From assembly GCA_050257855.1 (NCBI GenBank), contig JBLMXQ010000093.1, forward strand, positions 4,796-68,795: DNA of 64,000 nucleotides, read 5' to 3'. The first letter of the stretch is position 1. The number at the start of each line of letters is the position of its first letter. The DNA is from Betaproteobacteria bacterium. Lineage in GTDB: Bacteria; Acidobacteriota; Vicinamibacteria; Vicinamibacterales; CAVVIG01. Below the pieces are notes generated by a model. That model was not told where the DNA came from. It saw only the letters and a program-made list of their open reading frames with translations, and searched no databases. Position numbers and translations under genes: made by a program. Positions 19,237-31,600 of the stretch are shown in pieces.

Positions 19237-20301
19237 ATGAGCGGCAGGATGGGACTGGGCCTCCGAGACCTGGGCTTCGGCGTGGCGGTTTTCGCGATTG
19301 CGTGCTCGACAACGGTCGCCGGTCCCCAGTCGGCGGCCGGCGGAGGCGCCGAAGTCGCGGCAACGGTCGGAGACGCGTCGATTACGCTCGCCGAAGTCGA
19401 CAAGGACGCGCTGCAGCAGCCGGTGAGCAACTTCGGCGCGTCGCGGCTCTCGCAGGCGCTCTACGACGCGAGACGCAGCACGCTCGACGCGCTCATCGCC
19501 AATGCGCTGCTCGACCGGGAAGCGAAGGCGCGCGGCCTCGGCCGCGACGCGCTCGTGCAGCAGGAAATCGTCGCGAAGACGAAGCCGCCGACCGACGAGG
19601 AGGTCGAAGCCTGGTATCGTGCGAATGAGGCGCGGCTCAGGGGGGCGGCGCTGGAGCAGGTCCGCGCGCCGATTCGCCAGCTGTTGACGCGGCAGCGGAC
19701 GGCACAGGCGCGCGAGGCGTACGTCGCCCAACTCGAGGCGAAGACGCCGGTGCACATCTTCCTCGAGCCGCCGCGCGAGAAGGTGGCCGAGGCGGACAGC
19801 CCCGCCCGCGGGCCGGCCGGGGCGCCGATCGAGATGATCGAGTTCTCCGACTTCGAGTGCCCGTTCTGCCTGCGCGCGAATCCGACCGTCCAGCAGGTGC
19901 TCGCCACCTACGGCGACCGCATTCGCTTCGTCTACCGGAACTTTCCGCTGCCGTCCCATCCCGACGCGCTCCCGGCGGCGGAAGCCGCCCAGTGCGCGAA
20001 CGAGCAGGGCAAGTTCTGGCCCTACCACGACCGGCTTTTCGCCAACAGCGGAAAGCTCTCGGACGCGGACCTCAAGCAGGCGGCGACCGACCTGGGTCTC
20101 GACCGGCCCCGGTTCGACGCGTGTCTCGGCTCTCACAAGTTCAAGGATCGGATCGACGCCGACATCCGCGACGGCAACGCTGCCGGCGTGAACGGCACGC
20201 CCGCCTTCTTCATCAACGGCCGCATGATCAACGGCGCGCAGCCGTTCGAGGCGTTCAAGCGCGTCATCGACGAGGAGCTGCAGCTGAAACGCGGACGCTG
20301 A
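19237..20301 (+). CDS. DsbA-family thiol:disulfide oxidoreductase with SurA-N-like N-terminal domain
   Basis: ORF 354 aa with a signal peptide. Thioredoxin-fold active site FSDFECPFCLRA and DsbA-like PAFFINGRMINGAQPFEAF. Confidence 0.85.
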   Translation: MSGRMGLGLRDLGFGVAVFAIACSTTVAGPQSAAGGGAEVAATVGDASITLAEVDKDALQQPVSNFGASRLSQALYDARRSTLDALIANALLDREAKARGLGRDALVQQEIVAKTKPPTDEEVEAWYRANEARLRGAALEQVRAPIRQLLTRQRTAQAREAYVAQLEAKTPVHIFLEPPREKVAEADSPARGPAGAPIEMIEFSDFECPFCLRANPTVQQVLATYGDRIRFVYRNFPLPSHPDALPAAEAAQCANEQGKFWPYHDRLFANSGKLSDADLKQAATDLGLDRPRFDACLGSHKFKDRIDADIRDGNAAGVNGTPAFFINGRMINGAQPFEAFKRVIDEELQLKRGR

Positions 20302-20328
20302 CGCGCTCCCGGCGGCCGGCTGCGTCCG

Positions 20329-21198
20329 CTAGCCGATGAGCGCGAGCCCCTGCACCACCGAGACGATGATGGCGAGGAACGTGGCGGCAAGGAGGGCGAT
20401 GGCGACGATCAGGTGGTCGCCCCGCTCGCGCGACGTCGGGTTGAGGAACGCCGTCGTCGCGTAACCGCCGACGAACCCCCCGGCGTGGGCGAAGTTGTCC
20501 ACGCCCGGCATGATGAGACCGAAGACGAACAGAATCGCGGCGTAGCTGATCGCCTCGCGGCGGATGGCCGGACTGCCGAGCCGCCCGTACTGCACCATCG
20601 CGCCGAGCAGGCCGAAGATCGACGCCGACGCGCCGATGGTGAACGAGGCGCCGTGCAGGAACGGGATCGGCAGACCCACGGCGCCCATCACCGAGCTGAG
20701 AAGGAACCCGCACACCCCCGCGATCACGTAGACGATGATCGTGCGGGCGGGCCCGATGATGTCGACGGTCGCCGGGCCCAGCATCCGGACCCAGTACATG
20801 TTGAAGAAGATATGGAGCAGGCCGCCGTGCAGCCACGTCGCGCTCAGCACCGTCCACCAGCGGCCGGCCTCGAACACCGGCACCGTGCCGCTCGCGCCGA
20901 ACAGGAACAGCGCGCTCAGGCTCGGCGCGAGGATCGAGAACCCGCCGCCGCCGAACAGCTCGATCTGGTTCCCCGAAACGAGCAGCGTCAGCACGTAGAG
21001 CACGCTGGAGGCCCCGATCACCAGCGGCACGAAGCCGAGATCCGCGCCGAGCCGACGCAGCGCCGGGGCGAAGCCCCAGAGGCCGGGATTGGCGCGGCCG
21101 CAGGAGTAACAGCGCTCGTCGCGAACGCCTACGAGCGATCCGCACGACGGGCACACGACGGAGCCGGTCTGTTTTCGTCCGAACACGGTCAACATCAT
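20329..21198 (-). CDS. rhomboid-family intramembrane serine protease with N-terminal zinc ribbon
   Basis: ORF 289 aa. CPSCGSLVGVRDERCYSCG ribbon, WLHGGLLHIFFNM, catalytic GASASIFGLLG (GxSx) and HAGGFVGGY (catalytic His). Confidence 0.85.
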   Translation of the reverse strand: MMLTVFGRKQTGSVVCPSCGSLVGVRDERCYSCGRANPGLWGFAPALRRLGADLGFVPLVIGASSVLYVLTLLVSGNQIELFGGGGFSILAPSLSALFLFGASGTVPVFEAGRWWTVLSATWLHGGLLHIFFNMYWVRMLGPATVDIIGPARTIIVYVIAGVCGFLLSSVMGAVGLPIPFLHGASFTIGASASIFGLLGAMVQYGRLGSPAIRREAISYAAILFVFGLIMPGVDNFAHAGGFVGGYATTAFLNPTSRERGDHLIVAIALLAATFLAIIVSVVQGLALIG

Positions 21199-21204
21199 AC
21201 CAAC

Positions 21205-21228
21205 AGCTATCGGCTATCGGCTATCAGC
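21205..21228 (+). repeat. 3 tandem 7-mers after AGC: TATCGGC TATCGGC TATCAGC
   Basis: Read directly from the sequence. It lies 7-30 nt upstream of the rhomboid ATG (minus strand). Confidence 0.8.
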
Positions 21229-21261
21229 GGGGCCGGTAGCCGACAACCGGGAGCCACCCGG

Positions 21262-21744
21262 TCAACGTATGTGAATGATCCAGCCCACGATCGCGCCGTA
21301 AAGAATGTGCGCGGCAAGGGCGACGAGGAAGGTCCTGGGACCGTAGTTGAGCATCAGGAAGCCCGGCGGCTCGAGGAGGGCGGTCTCGTCTGCCGCCGTC
21401 TCCGGCGTCGCCATCCGCGGGTGCACGACCGGCAGCAGCACGCTCACGAGCACCGTGGACGTGAACAGCGCGTGCACGATCCCGAGCAGTGCCCCGAGCC
21501 ACCAGCTGCTGAACCCGACGGCGCGGAAGAACACGCCGTAGCCGAGCGCGAAGGCGACGCCGATCAGGAAGTGAAAGGTGTAGCCCCAGGCTTTCGCACG
21601 CGTCCGGTTCTCGGTGACGATCGTTCCGAGCAGAAACGACAGGTCCATGCGCGTGAACCCGAGCTGCGCCGCCGCGCGCACGGTGGTCGTGAGAACCAGG
21701 GTGCCGACGAAGCCGGCGGTCAGGTCGGTCCCGATTGGCGCCAT
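21262..21744 (-). CDS. hypothetical integral membrane protein (about 4 TM segments)
   Basis: ORF 160 aa, hydrophobic, with high GC3. The start is 1 nt after the GH15 stop, so it is probably co-transcribed. Confidence 0.55.
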   Translation of the reverse strand: MAPIGTDLTAGFVGTLVLTTTVRAAAQLGFTRMDLSFLLGTIVTENRTRAKAWGYTFHFLIGVAFALGYGVFFRAVGFSSWWLGALLGIVHALFTSTVLVSVLLPVVHPRMATPETAADETALLEPPGFLMLNYGPRTFLVALAAHILYGAIVGWIIHIR

Positions 21745-21745
21745 G

Positions 21746-23593
21746 TCATTCTCGCCTTGCGGCGCCTGCGGCCGCCGCCTGCCTGGCCCGCCCGCCTGGC
21801 CGGGCGTCCGCCGCGTCCGCGATGGCGACGGCGGCGTCCACGAGCGCGAGGTGCACCAGCGCCTGCGGGAAATTGCCGAGGAACTCGCCGGTGTGCGGGT
21901 CGACCTCTTCCGAGTAGAGGCCGACGTCGTTCGCGCGGTCGACGAGCTGCTGCATCAGGCTCGCCGCTTCGTCGATCCGGCCGGCGCGCGCCATCGCCCC
22001 GGCCAGCCAGAACGAGCAGTTGAGGAAGCAGCCTTCCGTGCCCGGCAGGCCGTCCTCTCCCCGGTAGCGGTAGACGAAGCAGCCTTCGCGGAGCGTCCGG
22101 CAGATGGCGTCGATCGTGCCGGTCATTCGCTCTCCGCACGGGTCCCCGTACCCGACGAGCGGCAGCATCAGCAGCGCCGCGTCGACCGCGTCGCTCCCGG
22201 CCGACCGTGTGTAGCTGCGGAGACGCTCCGACCAGCAGGCGGACTCGATGTAGCCCTCGATGGCGTTCGCTTCGCGCCGCCAGCGGTCGACGTGCCGTGA
22301 AGGGAGCTCGCCGGCCTTCGCCAGCCGGCAGGCGCGGTCGAGCGCGACCCAGCACATGGCCTTGGAGTGCGTGAAGTGCTGCGGCGCGCTGCGCACCTCC
22401 CAGATGCCGGAATCGGGCCGGCGCCAGATGTCGCACACCAGATCGGCGATGCGTTCGAGCACGCGGCCCGTATCGCGGGAGAGCGCGTGGCCGCCGCGCC
22501 CGTACAGCCAGGCGGTCTGCAGCAGGTCGCCGTAGATGTCGAGCTGCTCCTGCCCGGCCGCTTTGTTGCCGACCCGCACGGGCCGGGACCCGCGATAGCC
22601 GGCGAGCGGCAGATCGAACTCCGGCGCGTGCGGGCCGCCGTCGAGGCGATACAGGACCTGCAGCTTCGGCTCCGTCAGGGCGGTCGCCTGCATGAACCAC
22701 CAGAAGAGGGCGCGCGCTTCGTCGCGGCACCCGAGCTCGAGGAGCGCGTCGATCAGGAATGCCGAATCGCGAATCCAGCAGAAGCGATAGTCCCAGTTCC
22801 GCTCGCCGCCCATTTCCTCGGGCAGGGACGTGGTCGGCGCGGCGGCGGCCGCGCCCGACGGCGCGAAGATCAGCAGCTTCAGGACCAGGGCGCTGCGGCG
22901 CACCATGTCCTGCCACGGCCCGGCGTACGCCCGCCCGCCGGCCCACCGGCTCCAGAACTCGATCGTCTTGCGCAGCCGCGCCTCGACGGCCTGCCGCGCC
23001 GGCAGCACCAGCGGTTCCGAGTGAGCCGAAGCGAGGACCAGAAGCGCGCGTGCGCCCTCGGCGATCTCGAAGTCGGCGCGGGCGACGTCGCCGTCCCACA
23101 CCGGTGACCCCGCGCCCCACACCCGCACGGCCAGCGCCTCGGAGGCCCACGTCGCCACCGGCACGCCGTCGCGCCATTCGGGCCGCGGCCCGCTGCGGCC
23201 GTAGTCGAACCGCGGCGCGAAGCGCCACCACATGGGCACACGCCCGCCGAGCCCCTCGATCGATCGCGCGAGCTCGCGCATCGGGCCGAGCTCTCCGTCG
23301 GGAATCGTCAGCGCGTCCACCACGCGCACCGCTCCGCAGTCGGTCGTGAACGTCGTCTCGACGACATTGGTGTCGGGGAGGTACCGCCGCGTGGCGGCAA
23401 AGGGAATGGAGGGCTGCAGTGTCAGCGTGCCGCCGCCGTCCTTGTCGAGGAGGGCGGCGAAGACGCTCGGCGAGTCGATGTTGGGCAGGCAGAGCCAGTC
23501 GATCCCGCCGTCGGTCGCGACCAGCGCCGTGGTGCGGCCGTCGCCGATGAGCGCGTAGTCACGAATCGGAGCGTAGCCGTCGACCCGCATCAT
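21746..23593 (-). CDS. glycoside hydrolase family 15 (glucoamylase/trehalase-related)
   Basis: ORF 615 aa. N-terminus IRDYALIGDGRTTALVATDGGIDWLCLPNIDSPSVFAALLD, later NWDYRFCWIRDSAF and CSFWL, all typical of bacterial GH15. Confidence 0.85.
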   Translation of the reverse strand: MMRVDGYAPIRDYALIGDGRTTALVATDGGIDWLCLPNIDSPSVFAALLDKDGGGTLTLQPSIPFAATRRYLPDTNVVETTFTTDCGAVRVVDALTIPDGELGPMRELARSIEGLGGRVPMWWRFAPRFDYGRSGPRPEWRDGVPVATWASEALAVRVWGAGSPVWDGDVARADFEIAEGARALLVLASAHSEPLVLPARQAVEARLRKTIEFWSRWAGGRAYAGPWQDMVRRSALVLKLLIFAPSGAAAAAPTTSLPEEMGGERNWDYRFCWIRDSAFLIDALLELGCRDEARALFWWFMQATALTEPKLQVLYRLDGGPHAPEFDLPLAGYRGSRPVRVGNKAAGQEQLDIYGDLLQTAWLYGRGGHALSRDTGRVLERIADLVCDIWRRPDSGIWEVRSAPQHFTHSKAMCWVALDRACRLAKAGELPSRHVDRWRREANAIEGYIESACWSERLRSYTRSAGSDAVDAALLMLPLVGYGDPCGERMTGTIDAICRTLREGCFVYRYRGEDGLPGTEGCFLNCSFWLAGAMARAGRIDEAASLMQQLVDRANDVGLYSEEVDPHTGEFLGNFPQALVHLALVDAAVAIADAADARPGGRARQAAAAGAARRE

Positions 23594-23624
23594 CTGCGTG
23601 GGTGCCCGTGCGACGCGGCCGCCA

Positions 23625-25517
<1,893 letters not shown>

Positions 25518-25646
25518 CCCTTCAGTATACCCAAGGACGCCGTACGTCCTTGGATGCCACGTCCCCGCAGAGCTCGCTGCAGGTCTCGCAGCCGACCGCA
25601 GGCGGCAGATTGTGAAGGTGAAGCGACCGGGCTGACCGGCGCCCGG

Positions 25647-26114
25647 CTATTTCGGCACCTGGTGCACGAGCCCGGCCATCGCGGCGTACGAGAAGAACTT
25701 GAAGTGGGGGCTCTTCTCGCTGTGGCACTGCACGCACACGCTCTCCGCAGGCACGGCGACGATCGCCCCTGGTTTGGCGGCGCCGCCGGCCGCGGCCGCG
25801 ATATGCGCTTTCCCCGCGCCGTGGCAGGCTTCGCACTGGATGTTGGCGTTGACGTCGTCTGCGAGCAGGCTCGGGGCCCCGGTCACGTGGCAGCTGATGC
25901 ATTTGCCGTCGGCATCCTTCTCGGATCCCGACAGCCGGTTGATCGCGTGCGCGTGCTTCGTGCGGTCCCAGGCGGCGTACTCCGCCGCGTGACATTCCTT
26001 GCACGCCGCTGCCCACGCATAGTCATCCGTCTTCGCCTGCCGGGCGGCAGCGGTTCCCGGAGCCACCATCCAGACCATCGCGGCCGCGAGAGCGAGCCGC
26101 AGCACGTGGCGCAT
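25647..26114 (-). CDS. secreted tetrahaem c-type cytochrome (cytochrome c554-like family)
   Basis: ORF 25647..26141 with four CXXCH motifs: CKECH, CISCH, CEACH, CVQCH. ATG 26114 is preceded by GGAGG at 6 nt and gives the signal peptide MRHVLRLALAAAMVWMVAPGTAAA. Confidence 0.8.
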   Translation of the reverse strand: MRHVLRLALAAAMVWMVAPGTAAARQAKTDDYAWAAACKECHAAEYAAWDRTKHAHAINRLSGSEKDADGKCISCHVTGAPSLLADDVNANIQCEACHGAGKAHIAAAAGGAAKPGAIVAVPAESVCVQCHSEKSPHFKFFSYAAMAGLVHQVPK

Positions 26115-26283
26115 AGATAACCTCCGCGAGAGAGGCATCAATAGCGATACCGGATCGCGTCAGGAGCGTAACTCGTTGAATGACGCGGGCTTGGCTGGTC
26201 TTCGGGGAGGGCGGGTCGCAGCTGCTGCCGGATTCCCGTCAATAGTCGTCGCGCCTGTTCCTGGCAGCTCGTCGAGCTCCGCT

Positions 26284-26292
26284 TGCTAGAAT
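26284..26292 (+). promoter_or_regulatory. extended -10 element TGCTAGAAT, 6 nt upstream of the fmdB-family ATG (leaderless candidate)
   Basis: Read directly from the sequence. There is no Shine-Dalgarno sequence between it and ATG 26299. Confidence 0.4.
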
Positions 26293-26298
26293 GGTTTC

Positions 26299-26526
26299 AT
26301 GCCGCTCTTTGAATACGCATGCCGCCAGTGCGGAAACCGGTTCGAGTACCTCACGCGCGAAGGGCAGGCACCTTCGTGCCCCTCCTGCTCCGGTACCGAT
26401 CTCGAGAAGCAGCTGTCGGTGTTCGCGGTTGCTGCGGGCGGGTCCGACAAGCCGGCCGCCTTCGCGCCTGCGCCGTGCGGGATGTGCGGCGACCCGCGCG
26501 GGCCGGGCGCCTGCTCGATGAACTGA
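26299..26526 (+). CDS. FmdB-family zinc-ribbon protein (CxxC_CxxC_SSSS)
   Basis: ORF 75 aa. MPLFEYACRQCGNRFEYL...CPSCSG is the family signature. Confidence 0.8.
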   Translation: MPLFEYACRQCGNRFEYLTREGQAPSCPSCSGTDLEKQLSVFAVAAGGSDKPAAFAPAPCGMCGDPRGPGACSMN

Positions 26527-26536
26527 TCACACGATT

Positions 26537-26566
26537 CACAGGGTTCACCGTCATGGGAACCCTGTG
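26537..26566. terminator. perfect 10-bp inverted repeat CACAGGGTTC-N10-GAACCCTGTG between convergent genes (bidirectional terminator candidate)
   Basis: Read directly from the sequence. It lies between the fmdB-family stop (26526) and the Rrf2 stop (26595). There is no U-tract. Confidence 0.4.
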
Positions 26567-26590
26567 AACCCTGCGAACCCCGTGAACCCC
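26555..26590 (+). repeat. 4 tandem 9-mers: GGGAACCCT GTGAACCCT GCGAACCCC GTGAACCCC
   Basis: Read directly from the sequence. It belongs to the GTGAACCCC repeat family that is also seen at 7665, 9977, 49843 and 63976 (there on the opposite strand). Confidence 0.8.
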
Positions 26591-26594
26591 GGTC

Positions 26595-27014
26595 CTACGC
26601 CGCCGTCGCCCTGAAGCCGGCGAGCTGAGCGAGCGACGCAGACGAGAGAACGTTGGTGAGCGCCGCCTGCGCGCTCGCCCAGACGCGCTGGGCGGCGCAG
26701 GTCGCTGCGAGATGGCACCCGTCCCCGTTCCCCGATACGCATCGGTTGAGGCAGAGCGGCCCCTCCACGGCGGTGACGACGTCGAGCACGGACACGCCGT
26801 CGGCCGGACGCGCGAGCTCGAATCCGCCGGCGCGGCCGGCATGCGACCGGACAATCCGGGCGTCCACGAGTTGCTGAAGAATCTTGGCGACGAACGTCTG
26901 GGGGGCATCCGCGGCGCGGGCCAGCGCAGCGCGGCTGGCGCGAGCGCCTGAGGGCAGCGTGGCGAGATGCACGGTGACGCGCACGGCGTAGTCGGCGGCT
27001 CGGGTTACCTGCAT
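26595..27014 (-). CDS. Rrf2-family transcriptional regulator (IscR/NsrR-like, three Cys)
   Basis: ORF 139 aa. MQVTRAADYAVRVTVHLA..., a winged HTH, and a Cys cluster CLNRCVSGNGDGCHLAATC. Confidence 0.85.
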   Translation of the reverse strand: MQVTRAADYAVRVTVHLATLPSGARASRAALARAADAPQTFVAKILQQLVDARIVRSHAGRAGGFELARPADGVSVLDVVTAVEGPLCLNRCVSGNGDGCHLAATCAAQRVWASAQAALTNVLSSASLAQLAGFRATAA

Positions 27015-27218
27015 GGTTTGTCGTCCTGAATGAAAGCAGTCACAAGCGGAGCGAACCGTGACTGACGCGCTCCTCGTTGCCCCGAAGCAAGCGCCGGACC
27101 AGCCCGGCGAAAACCGGAAATCCGCAGGCTTTCAAGGGAAGTTGGGTCGCTTTTAGACGGAATGCCGCCGGCCCGGCGCAAAACGTGACGGTTTCCCGGC
27201 AGAAATCCGATCGGCCGC

Positions 27219-28667
27219 CTAGGGCCGTCGCGGGATGCGCGCGTCCGCCATGGCCGCGTGGTAGACGAAGGACGCCATCACGACGGCCGCCTGCCTGAGA
27301 TCGTCCTCGTTCACACGGTCCACCGTGTCCATGTTGGTGTGGTGGGTACGAACGTCGTAGTTGCGATAGCTCTGGATCGGATTGAACGCGGGCACGCCGG
27401 CACGGTCGAAGGTAACGTGATCGGTGGCGCCGATCCCCTCGATGACGTTCTTCCGCGCCCCGATGTCCGTGAACGGCGCCAGCCAGGTGTCGAACAGCGG
27501 TTTGACGGCCGCGTTGTTCTCGCAGTAGAAGCCGTAGATCGGACCGTAGCCGTTGTCGATGTTGAAGTAGACATCGAACTGCTGGCGCGCGGCGCGGTTC
27601 GCGTCGCCGGCAAGGTGCTGCGCGACCCAGGCGCGCGACCCCAGCAGCCCCTGCTCCTCTCCACCCCAGAGCGCGACCCGGATCGTGCGTCGTGGCCTGA
27701 CGCCGGCCGCCTTCAGGATGCGCATCGCTTCGATCACGGTCGTGGCCCCGTCGGCGTTGTCCGTGGCGCCGACGCCCGTGTGCCAGGAATCGAGGTGCGC
27801 GCCGAACATCACCACCTCGTCCCGGAGCGCCGGATCGACGCCCGGGATCTCGGCAATCACGTTGGCCGCGTCCTGCTGGTCGTAGTACCTGGTCTGGACG
27901 CCGATCCGGAGCTTCACGGGCACGTGGCGCTCGAGCATGCGCACGATCATGTTGTAGTGCTCGGCGCTCAGCACGACGGACGGCACCGCGCCGGGCCCGC
28001 CGTCGCGGCCGGTGACGAACACCGTGCCGTGCTCGCCGATGCTCGGCCGAAGCTGCACGGCGGCGCCCGCCTCGCGGACTGCCTGCGCGATCTTCTGCGC
28101 CGCGGCCGGCGGCCGGGACCCGGCCGACGCGTTCGGCTCCGAGGGCGCGGCGTCCGGGTCGGTCGGCTGCGGCCGATCGCGCCGGACGAAGCGCGTCATG
28201 AGCGGCTGCGTCATGACGATGGCGCCCTGCAACTGGTCGCGCATCGCGCTGACCGCCTCGGGAGTCTTGTCGCCGACGAAGACGGGCGCCGCGACGATGT
28301 CGCCGCTCGTCGAGGGAGACCAGGCCTCGGCGTACCCGATGAGCGGCATGTATCGGGGCTCGACCATCTCCACGGTCAGCTTCTCGAGCGTCCAGCCGCG
28401 GCCGAAGTGCCAGGGCTCCTCGTGGACGTTCGCGAGGCCGTAGGACGCCAGCCGATCCCGCACGAAGGCGACGGCACGCCGGAACGCCGGCGAGTTCGTC
28501 AGCCGAGGTCCGATGTCGACGGTGAGCATCTCGAACACCGGCGCCGCCTGCGAGTGCTGCAGCCCTTCGGCGCGGATCGTCGCGAGCATCGGATCGGCCG
28601 CCGGCTGGGCCGCGACCGCGGCGCCGACACCGAGAACCAGAGCCAACGCGAGCGCCTTCTTCATCAT
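27219..28667 (-). CDS. secreted M28-family aminopeptidase with PA domain
   Basis: ORF 482 aa. FGAHLDSWHTGVGATDNADG, ALWGGEEQGLLGS and ATDHVTF provide the Zn ligands of M28. The start is 4 nt after the RND stop. Confidence 0.85.
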   Translation of the reverse strand: MMKKALALALVLGVGAAVAAQPAADPMLATIRAEGLQHSQAAPVFEMLTVDIGPRLTNSPAFRRAVAFVRDRLASYGLANVHEEPWHFGRGWTLEKLTVEMVEPRYMPLIGYAEAWSPSTSGDIVAAPVFVGDKTPEAVSAMRDQLQGAIVMTQPLMTRFVRRDRPQPTDPDAAPSEPNASAGSRPPAAAQKIAQAVREAGAAVQLRPSIGEHGTVFVTGRDGGPGAVPSVVLSAEHYNMIVRMLERHVPVKLRIGVQTRYYDQQDAANVIAEIPGVDPALRDEVVMFGAHLDSWHTGVGATDNADGATTVIEAMRILKAAGVRPRRTIRVALWGGEEQGLLGSRAWVAQHLAGDANRAARQQFDVYFNIDNGYGPIYGFYCENNAAVKPLFDTWLAPFTDIGARKNVIEGIGATDHVTFDRAGVPAFNPIQSYRNYDVRTHHTNMDTVDRVNEDDLRQAAVVMASFVYHAAMADARIPRRP

Positions 28668-28671
28668 GCCC

Positions 28672-31600
28672 TCAGCCCTGAGCCCTTCCTTCGGCGGGCG
28701 CCGGCTTGAGCAGGCCGGCCTTGACCCGCCCGATCCATTCCTTCCATCGCCTGCTCGCGACGGCCTGTTCGAGCGCGTCGAACTTGACGTACGCCACGGG
28801 CACGAGCAGCAGCGTGAGGAACAGGCACAGCGACTGGCCGCCGATGATCGTGATCGCGATCGCCGCGCGCCCCTGCCCGCCGATGCCGATGCCGAGCGAG
28901 GTCGGAATCAGTCCGGCGATGATCGCGGAGGTGGTCATCAGGATCGGGCGCAGCCGCGTGCGGCACGCCTCGACGATCGCCTCGCGCAGCGGCACCCCGC
29001 GCGCGCGCAGCACGTTCGCGTAGTCGACCTGCAGGATGGAGTTCTTCTTGACGATGCCGATGAGCAGGAGCACGCCGAGCGCGCTCCAGAGGCTGAGGAG
29101 CCGCCCGGTGATCCAGAGCGTCAGGAGCGCGAACGGGATCGTCACCGGCAGCACGAGCATGATGACGATCGGCTGGACGAAGCTCTCGAACTGCGCCGCG
29201 AGGACCATGTACACGAAGATCAGGGCGAGGCTGATCGCCATGATCAGGTTCTGCGTCGTCTCGTCGAGGATCTTCGTCTGCCCGGCCAGCCTGAACGACA
29301 TGTCGGGCGGCATATGCAGATCCGCGAGCATCCGGCGCACTTCGGCCGAGGCCTCGTCGAGCGCGTGGCCCGGGGCGATGTCCGAGTACAGGCCGACGGA
29401 GAACTGCCGGTTGTACCGCTGCAGCGTGCTCGGGCCGAGGCCCCGCTCCAGCCGGGCGATGTTGTCGATGCGGACCGGCCCGTGCGCCGACGGGACGGTC
29501 AGCTTCCCGATCGCCTCGATGTCGCGCCGCTGGCCCTCCAGCACGCGGATCTTGACCGGATACTGCTCGGAGCCCTCGCGATAGCTGGAGATCTCGTCGT
29601 CGCCGGCGACGGCGAGCCGGAGCGTGTTGCCGATGGTCGACATGCGGACGCCCAGATCCGCCGCCCGCCGGCGGTCCACGGCGACGTGAATCTCCGGGTT
29701 CGACACGTTCAACGACAGCTTCGGATCGACGAGGCTCGGCATCTTCTGCGCCCGGGCGAGGGCCTGCATGGCGTAGTCGGCCAGCTGGTTCATGTCCGGC
29801 CCGAGGAGGTTCGCGGAGATCGGGAACCCGCCCGCCTCGCCGCCGCCGAGCGGGTTGCGGATCGTGATGCTCGGCTTGTACGAAGGGTGCTTCGCGAGGC
29901 GGCGCCGCAGCTCGGTGATGATGGAGTCCTGGCTGACCTTCCGGTCCTCGTACGGCGTCGCGAAGCCGAGCAGGTGGATGTGCGTCGGCCGCTCGGTGAT
30001 CGTCGGCTGCAGGTCGCGGACGCCCTCGATGCCGCTCAGCTCCGCCACGAGGTTGTTCGCGATTTCGGTGCTGCCTTCGAGCGACGTGCCCTCGGGCGTG
30101 TCGACGTGGATCGTCCACTCGCCCATGTCCTCGGTCGGCACGAACGTGCGGCCGACCATGCGGTTCAGCGGGAACATCGTCAGGAACACGCCGACCGACA
30201 CGGCGATGATCACGCCCGGGTGATCGAGCGCCCAGTTCACGCGCGCGGTGTACCAATTGTCGAGCCAGTGGAAGAACCCGTGCTCCTTCGTCTTGTGGTC
30301 GGCGGCCGCGTCCGACACCTTGAGGAAGCGCGAGCTGAGCATCGGCGTCAGCGTGAAGCTGACGAGCATCGACACGAGGATCGAGAACGCCATGGTCCAG
30401 CCGAACGGGTTGATGTACCGGCGGGCGTAGCCGGTCATGAACGCGATCGGCAGGAAGATGACCACCAGCGACAGCGTCGTCGCCATGACGGCGAGCGTCA
30501 CTTCGCGCGTGCCCTGGATGGCCGCCTCGAACGGCGTGCAGTTCTTCTCCTCGATGTACCGGAAGATGTTCTCCAGCACGACGATGGCGTCGTCGATGAC
30601 GATGCCGACGGCGAGCGTGATGCCGAGCAGCGTCATGTTGTTGAGCGTGAAGCCCATGGCGCGCATCAGCGTGAAGCTGGAGATGATGGAAGCCGGGATG
30701 GCCAGCGCCGAGATGATGACGGCCCGGATGTTCCGGATGAAGATCAGCACGACGATCGCGGCGAAGAGGCTGCCGAAGATCAGGTGTTCCTCGAGCGAGG
30801 CGACCGAGGCGTAGATGAACTTCGAGTCGTCGCGCGTGATCGTCAGCTTCACCGCCCTCGGGAGCGAGCGGCGCACGCTGTCCAGCTTCCGCTTGACGCC
30901 TTCGATCACCGCGATCGTGTTCTCCCCCGTCGCCCGCTTGACGTCGAGGCTGACCGCCGGCTCGCCGTTCAGCCAGACCGCCTGGGTCGGCCGCTCGCTG
31001 GCGTCCTCGGCGTAGCCGATGTCGGCGACGCGGATCGGCGTGCCGTTCTTGGTCGCGATGACGATGTTGTTGAACTGATCGGTCGCGTCGATGCGGCCCA
31101 GCGTCCGGAGCAGCAGCTCGGACTTGCCCTGCTCGACCGTGCCGCCGGGGATCTCCACGTTCTCGTTCACTACGGCGTCGCGCACGTCGGTCATCGACAG
31201 GCCGTAGGCGTTCAGTTTGTCGATGTCGACGACCACGTGGATCTCGCGCGCGCGTCCGCCGCCGAGATCCACTTCTCCGACGCCGTTGGCCGTCTCGATG
31301 GCGCGCTTGACCTGCTTGTCCGCGACCTCGGTGAGCGTCCGCAGGCTCATGTCCCGCGACGACAGGACGACCGACATGATCGGATCGGAGTCGGGATCGA
31401 CCTTGGTGATGATCGGCGGCAGCATCTGCGGCGGGACGTTCTTCATCGCCGCGGACACCTTCTCGCGCACGTCGTTCGCGGCGTCGTTGATGTCGCGCTC
31501 GAGGACGAACTTGAGGGTGATCTGCGCCCGGCCCTCCGAGATCCGCATCGACGACATCTCGTCGATGCCCGAGATGCTGCTGAGCGTCTCCTCCATCGGC

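Noticed and set aside
26537-26590. The possibility that the short tandem repeats or the copA 318-bp repeats represent a CRISPR array.
   Set aside because: The repeat units are 7-9 nt with no spacers, or they are coding duplications. No cas genes are present and there is no repeat-spacer periodicity of 60-70 bp anywhere in the window.
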